A DNA stretch of 64,000 nucleotides from the NCBI GenBank assembly GCA_964016885.1, contig OZ024744.1, forward strand, positions 9,424,001 to 9,488,000. Reading direction: 5' to 3'. The notes under the pieces were generated by a model. The model did no database searches, had not been told where the DNA came from, and saw nothing but the letters and a program-made list of their open reading frames with translations. The DNA comes from Eledone cirrhosa (taxonomy: Eukaryota). The position numbers and the translations under genes are program-made. This document shows, piece after piece, positions 59,219 to 64,000 of the stretch (positions are counted from its first letter, which is position 1; each line of letters opens with the position of its first letter).

Positions 59219-62200
59219 TGGTTATGTGTTGTATGTGGTCCTAGATGTTGTTATAACCTGTCTGTTGTTGTATGTGGTCCTAGATGTGTGTATTACCTGC
59301 TTGTGTGTTGTATGTAGTCCTAGATGTATGTATTACCTGGTTATGTGTTGTATGTGGTCCTAGATGTGTTATTACCTGCTTGTATGTTATATGTGGTCCT
59401 AGATGTGTGTATTACTTGCTTGTGTGTTCTATGTAGTCCTAGATGTATGTATTACCTAGTTATGTGTTGTATGTAGTCATAGATGTATGTATTACTTGGT
59501 TATGTGTTGTATGTGGTCCTAGATGTGTGTATTACCTGCTTGTGTGTCCTAGATTATGTATTACCTGCTTGTGTGTTGTATGTGTTCCTATATGTGTGTA
59601 TTACCTGCTTGTGTGTTGTATGTGTTCCTATATGTGTGTATTACCTGCTTGTGTGTTGTATGTAGTCCTAGATGTATGTATTACCTGCTGGTGTGTTGTA
59701 TGTGGTCCTAGATGTATGTATTACCTGCTTGTGTGTTGTATGAAGTCCTTGATGTATATATTACCTGCTTGTGTGTTGTATGTAGTCCTAGATGTGTGTA
59801 TTACCTGCTTGTGTGTTGTATGTGGCCCTAGATGTGTGTATTATCTGCTTGTGTGTTGTATGTGGCCCTAGATGTGTGTATTACCTGGTTATGTGTTGTA
59901 TGTAGTCCTAGATGTCTGTATTACCTGCTTGTATGTTGTATATAGTCCTAGATGTATATATTACCTGCTTGTGTGTTGTATGTAGTCCTAGATGTGTGTA
60001 TTACCTGCTTCTGTGTTGTATGTGGCCTTAGATGTGTGTATTACCTGCTTATGTGTTGTATATGGTCCTAGATGTGTGTATTCCCTGCTTGTGTGTTGTA
60101 TGTGGTCCTAGATGTATGTATTACCTGCTTATGTGTTGTATATGGTCCTAGATGTGTGTAGTACCTGGTTATGTGTTGTATGTGGTCCTAGATGTATGTA
60201 TTACCTACTGGTGTGTTGTATGTGGTCCTAGATGTGTGTATTACCTGCTTGTGTGTTGTATGTGGTCCTAGATGTATGTATTACCTGCCTGTGTGTTGTA
60301 TGTGGTCCTAGATGTATGTATTACCTACTGGTGTGTTGTATGTGGTCCTAGATGTATGTATTACCTGCTTGTGTGTTGTATGTGGTCCTAGATGTATGTA
60401 TTACCTGGTTATGTGTTGTATGTGGTCCTAGATGTATCTAGTACCTGGTTATGTGTTGTATGTGGTCCTGGATGTATGTATTACGTGCCTGTGTGTTGTA
60501 TGTGTTTCTAGATGTATGTATTACCTGGTTATGTGTTGTATGTGGTCCTAGATGTATGTATTACCTGCTTGTGTGTTGTATTTGGTCCTAGATGTATGTA
60601 TTACCTGCTTGTGTGTTGTATGTGGTCCTAGATGTATATATTACCTGTTTTTGTGTTGTATGTGGTCCTAGATGTATGTATTACCTGCTTGTGTGTTGTA
60701 TGTGGTCCTAGATGTGTGTATTACCTAATTATGTGTTGTATGTGGTCCTAGATGTATGTATTACCTGCTTGTGTGTTGTATGTGGTCCTAGATGTATGTA
60801 TTACCTGGTTATGTGTTGTATGTGGTCCTAGATGTATCTAGTACCTGGTTATGTGTTGTATGTGGTCCTGGATGTATGTATTACCTGCCTGTGTGTTGTA
60901 TGTGTTTCTAGATGTATGTATTACCTGGTTATGTGTTGTATGTGGTCCTAGATGTATGTATTACCTGCTTGTGTGTTGTATGTGGTCCTAAATGTATGTA
61001 TTACCTGCCTGTGTGTTGTATGTGGTCCTAGATGAATGTATTACCTGGTTATGTGTTGTATGTGGTCCTAGATGTATGTATTACCTGCCTGTGTGTTGTA
61101 TGTAGTCCTAGATGTATGTATTACCTGCCTGTGTGTTGTATGTGGTCCTAGATCTATGTATTACCTGCCTGTGTGTTGTATGTGGTCCTAGATGTATGTA
61201 TTACCTGCTTGTGTGTTGTATGTAGTCCTAGATGTATGTATTACCTGCTTGTGTGTTGTATGTGGTCCTAGATGTATGTATTACCTGCTTGTGTGTTGTA
61301 TGTGGTCCTAGATGTGTGTATTACCTGCCTCTGTGTTGTATGTGGTCCTAGATGTATGTATTACCTGCTTGTGTGTTGTATGTAGTCCTAGATGTATGTA
61401 TTACCTGCTTGCCTTGTGTGTTGTATGTTGTCCTAGATGTATGTATTACCTGCTTGTGTGTTGTATGTAGTCTTAGGTGTATTTATTACGTGCTTGTGTG
61501 CTGTATGTGGTCCTAGATGTGTGTATTACCTGCTTGTGTGTTGTATGTAGTCCTAGATGTGTGTATTACCTGGTTATGTGTTGTATATTGTCATAGATGT
61601 GTGTATTACCTGCTTGTGTGTTGTATGTCGTCCTAGATGTATATACTACCTGGTTATGCGTTGTATGTAGTCCTAGATGTGTGTATTACCTGCTTCTTTG
61701 TTGTATGTGGTCCTAGATGTATGTATTACCTACTGCTGTGTTGTATATGGTCCTAGATGTGTGTATTACCTGCTTGTGTGTTGTATGTGGTCCTAGATGT
61801 ATGTATTACCTGGTTGTGTGTTCTATGTAGTCCTAGATGTATGTATTACCTGGTTATGTGTTGTATGTGGTCCTAGATGTATGTATTACCTGTTTCTGTG
61901 TTGTACGTGGTCCTAGATGCATGTATTACCTGGTTATGTGTTGTATGTGGTCCTAGATGTATGTATTACCTGTTTCTGTGTTGTATGTGGTCCTAGATGT
62001 ATGTGCTACCTGGTTATGTGTTGTATGTTGTCCTAGATGTGTGTATTACCTGCTTGTGTGTTGTATGTAGTCCTAGATGTATGTATTACCTGGTTATATG
62101 TTGTATGTGGTCCTAGATGTATGTGCTACCTTGTTATGTGTTGTATGTGGTCCTAGATGTGTGTGCTACCTGCTACCTGGTTATGTGTTGTATGTGGTCC

Positions 62201-62233
62201 CAAATGTGTGTGCTACCCACTTCTGTGTTTTGT

Positions 62234-62476
62234 TTAATATTATTAACTCTGGAAAACCAAACTGTTGAGTGCTTCTAATCTATTCTAAAACTCATTCTTT
62301 GATTTATTCATTGAACCTTGTTTAACTTTTAAATATATATATATATATATATATTTAATATATATATATATATATATTTAAAAGTTAAACAAGGTTCAAT
62401 GAATAAATCAAAGAATGAGTTTTACAATAGATTAGAAGCACTCAACAGTTTGGTTTTCCAGAGTTAATAATATTAA
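62234..62476. repeat. 243-bp near-perfect palindrome: 119-bp arms (62234-62352, 62358-62476), 5-nt loop, (AT)n centre
   Basis: TTAATATTATTAACTCTGGAAAACC...AACTTTTAAATATAT is the reverse complement of ATATATTTAAAAGTT...GGTTTTCCAGAGTTAATAATATTAA. There is one mismatch (62285/62425). Confidence 0.97.
62333..62377. repeat. Interrupted (AT)n microsatellite at the palindrome centre
   Basis: Two runs of about 10-11 AT units are separated by TTA. Confidence 0.97.
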
Positions 62477-62708
62477 TTCAAAATATTAACAAAATAGATA
62501 TTCTTGTGATCAAGTATATTTTATTATACATATTTCAGAGGTACTGAAAATGACTGAATCTTAACCATATACTATGTCAGGGTATGTCATCCATAATATT
62601 ATTTTATCTGATGAGGACGTACTGTTGTAGTTAACTCAGTACCTCTGAAATATGTATAATAAAATATACTTGATCACAAGAATAGCTATTTTGTTAATAT
62701 TTTGAATT
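62475..62708. repeat. Inverted repeat with 73-bp arms (62475-62547, 62636-62708) and an 88-bp spacer; fold-back or MITE-like
   Basis: AATTCAAAATATTAACAAAATAGATATTCTTG...CAGAGGTACTGA pairs with TCAGTACCTCTG...CAAGAATAGCTATTTTGTTAATATTTTGAATT, with one mismatch. The inverted repeat is certain, but MITE status is inference because no clear TSD is seen. Confidence 0.9.
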
Positions 62709-62789
62709 TATATTATATATATATATTATACACACACAGACATATATATATATTATATATATAGTAAATAAACATGTGTGTGCGTGTAT
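62709..62789. repeat. Compound (TA)n/(CA)n/(TG)n microsatellite
   Basis: TATTATATATATATATTATACACACACAGACATATATATATATTATATATATAG...ATGTGTGTGCGTGTAT is visible directly. Confidence 0.85.
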
Positions 62790-63121
62790 CAGTTGTCCCC
62801 GACCTTTTCTGCTACATGCCCCTCCTCAATCTAAATTATATTTATGTTCCCCTTTAATATAAAAAGAAAGAGAGCCCTGTAAAGGTGTTATTACTGTAAT
62901 ATAAAGTAGAAACCCTTTATTTAAACTAAGCTAAGATGCAACGATGATCAAAACAAACCCCAAAGTGTAAACAAACTTCTCGTAGGTGCTGCCAGATACA
63001 CGATAACATGTGTAGACGAAGTGTAACTGGAAGTTGGGTCGTATTATATCACTTTCAAATTGACCCCTATTATATTCAAATTAACCCCAGTGGGGCATGT
63101 ACCCCACGTTGGGAATCCCTG
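62790..63121. mobile_element. Probable non-autonomous hAT (Charlie-like) DNA transposon or MITE, ~332 bp, degenerate
   Basis: It starts CAGTTGTCCCCGACCTTTT and ends CGTTGGGAATCCCTG, resembling hAT-Charlie termini (CAGGGGTCCCCAACC-type), with 9/15 terminal match. A perfect subterminal inverted repeat is present: TACATGCCCC (62813-62822) and GGGGCATGTA (63092-63101). No 8-bp TSD is recoverable. Confidence 0.6.
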
Positions 63122-63361
63122 ATATATAAATATATGTGAATATGTTGCTGTGACTGCTATTTCTAGCAGGTTTACTGCTGTCCTGTAGAGGCACAACACA
63201 AACCGGAAGTGGCAGCCATTAAAAAAATTTGGCTTAAAATCAGTGAAAATATTTTAAACAATAGAAAATTTAATGTAAACAAACCAGGGTGTAAACGGAA
63301 AAAATGAAACGTAATTTCATATATATATGTACGTATGGATTCACCGAACATTTATTATAAT

Positions 63362-63547
63362 TGTTTCTACTTTAGGCACAAGGCCAGCAATTACCCAGTG
63401 CATTACTGGTACTTTATTTTATCGACCCCGTAAAGATGAAAGGCAAAGTCAACCTCGGCGGGATTTGAACTCAGATCGTAAAGGACGTAACTATGCTGGA
63501 AAGCATGGCGTCCGACCCTCTACCGATACTGCCAATCCACCGCCCTT
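63362..63547 (-). mobile_element. tRNA-derived SINE, 186 bp, flanked by a perfect 14-bp target-site duplication
   Basis: The TSD ACATTTATTATAAT lies at 63348-63361 and 63548-63561. The minus strand has an A-box-like TGGCAGTATCGG, a B-box GTTCAAATCC and a core GACTTTGCCTTTCATCTTTACGGGGTCGATAAAATAAAGTACCAG. I recall that core as Meta-domain-like and typical of octopus SINEs, but this is not database-verified. Confidence 0.88.
63461..63533 (-). promoter_or_regulatory. Internal RNA polymerase III type-2 promoter (A and B boxes) of the SINE
   Basis: The B box GTTCAAATCC is the reverse complement of 63461-63470 and matches GWTCRANNC. An A-box-like TGGCAGTATCGG lies at ~63522-63533, near the 5' end of the element. 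Confidence 0.7.
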
Positions 63548-63800
63548 ACATTTATTATAATGTTCGGTGTGTTTGTAAACAAACATCCCGTATTAAGCCG
63601 TAGTGTCCAGCAACCATCGTTGCTCGTTTGTTCAACACTGACAAAGGAACGCTGTACTAGTTTCAAGCTTATTAGCTATCGTCAGCAACGTATACCTTCC
63701 TGCCAGATTGTTGAACGTATATACTTACCTTATGCATATTAACGGCTGAGTAGCCCAATTTGCATATCGAGTGGGTTAATCAGCCGGGTGAATCCATACG

Positions 63801-63892
63801 TACATATATATATATGTGTGCATGTATGTATATATATATACATACTACTGTACGTATGTATACATATATGTATGTACGTGTACATACTTATA
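63801..63892. repeat. Degenerate (TA)n/(TGTA)n/(TACA)n compound microsatellite
   Basis: TACATATATATATATGTGTGCATGTATGTATATATATATACATAC...GTATGTATACATATATGTATGTACGTGTACATAC is visible directly. Confidence 0.8.
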
Positions 63893-64000
63893 TTTAAGTA
63901 ACAGCCGTACTAAGAGTGGGAAATGAAATTTCGTTTCATTTTTTCCGTTTATCGTTTTCGGTGCACCCGGCTGATTAACCCACTCGATATGCAAATTGGG

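Larger units (their letters stand above)
1..62233. repeat. Tandem satellite array, 40-bp monomer (consensus GTCCTAGATGTRTGTATTACCTGSTTRTGTGTTGTATGTR), ~1,550 head-to-tail copies in one orientation, continuing past the left edge
   Basis: CCTAGATG recurs every 40 bp through the interval. There are two main monomer types (CCTGCTTGTG and CCTGGTTATG) and length variants of 30, 39, 41 and 45 bp. I saw no inversion or foreign insertion. The last recognisable degenerate monomer ends at ~62233. Confidence 0.99.
63292..64000. repeat. Three interleaved inverted-repeat pairs: A 63292-63320/63923-63951 (29 bp, 1 mismatch); B 63319-63345/63787-63813 (27 bp, perfect); C 63754-63790/63964-64000 (at least 37 bp, perfect, truncated by window end)
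   Basis: A is TAAACGGAAAAAATGAAACGTAATTTCAT, B is ATATATATATGTACGTATGGATTCACC and C is CCCAATTTGCATATCGAGTGGGTTAATCAGCCGGGTG. Each is present as a reverse complement at the paired coordinates. Confidence 0.92.

Noticed and set aside
1-62233. CRISPR-like array (constant part plus variable part)
   Set aside because: There are no unique spacers. The variable positions are a few recurrent SNVs, no cas genes are present and the flank is eukaryotic.
1-62233. Non-canonical telomeric repeat (TG-rich strand, array open at the window edge)
   Set aside because: The TG-rich strand runs 5'->3' toward the unique flank, opposite to canonical telomere polarity. There are no G-runs, and kb-scale variant haplotypes indicate DNA-level duplication rather than telomerase addition.
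1-62233. A functional code written in the order of monomer variants
   Set aside because: The order is adequately explained by descent through nested duplications and in-register jumps. Nothing in the sequence indicates a reader or selection.
264-62268. About 100 short Cys/Val/Tyr-rich ORFs (MYVLPACVLYVVLDVCIT...) resembling a metallothionein-like or membrane peptide family
   Set aside because: They are translations of the 40-bp repeat. Each monomer supplies an ATG, the TAG of CCTAG comes into frame every 120 bp, and longer ORFs arise only where a variant or indel removes it. The same peptide appears in all three frames.
62234-62708. miRNA precursors or intrinsic terminators
   Set aside because: Long near-perfect AT-rich arms fit DNA-level inverted duplication. 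There is no expression evidence and no bacterial gene context.
63455-63545. tRNA gene on the minus strand
   Set aside because: A and B boxes are present, but there is no convincing cloverleaf. The region continues into a SINE body and is bounded by a TSD.
63327-63742. ORFs 63327-63560 and 63560-63742
   Set aside because: They are short with no recognisable domain. The first reads antisense through the SINE and starts in a microsatellite.

Overview
This is eukaryotic non-coding DNA with no supportable protein-coding gene, RNA gene or CRISPR array. About 97% of the window (1 to ~62233, open at the left edge) is one head-to-tail satellite array of a 40-bp monomer, GTCCTAGATGTRTGTATTACCTGSTTRTGTGTTGTATGTR, at roughly 1,550 copies and about 72% T+G on the + strand. 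Diagnostic monomer variants recur in fixed-order cassettes that are reshuffled along the array. On top of this lie nested recent duplications with offsets of ~10.9 kb, ~3.57 kb, 479 bp and 280 bp, plus a ~1-kb copy 41 kb away. All ORFs in the array are translation artefacts of the repeat. The last ~1.77 kb is AT-rich flank crowded with inverted repeats. It holds a 243-bp near-perfect palindrome centred on (AT)n that abuts the last monomer, an adjoining 73-bp-arm fold-back, and a probable hAT-type MITE. It also holds a tRNA-derived SINE with a perfect 14-bp TSD inserted into a small hairpin, and three interleaved inverted-repeat pairs. From memory (no search run), the SINE resembles the abundant octopus SINEs, so a cephalopod source is a guess. 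I found no evidence of a novel protein-coding system. The best leads are structural: the cassette grammar of the satellite and the fold-back cluster at its border.
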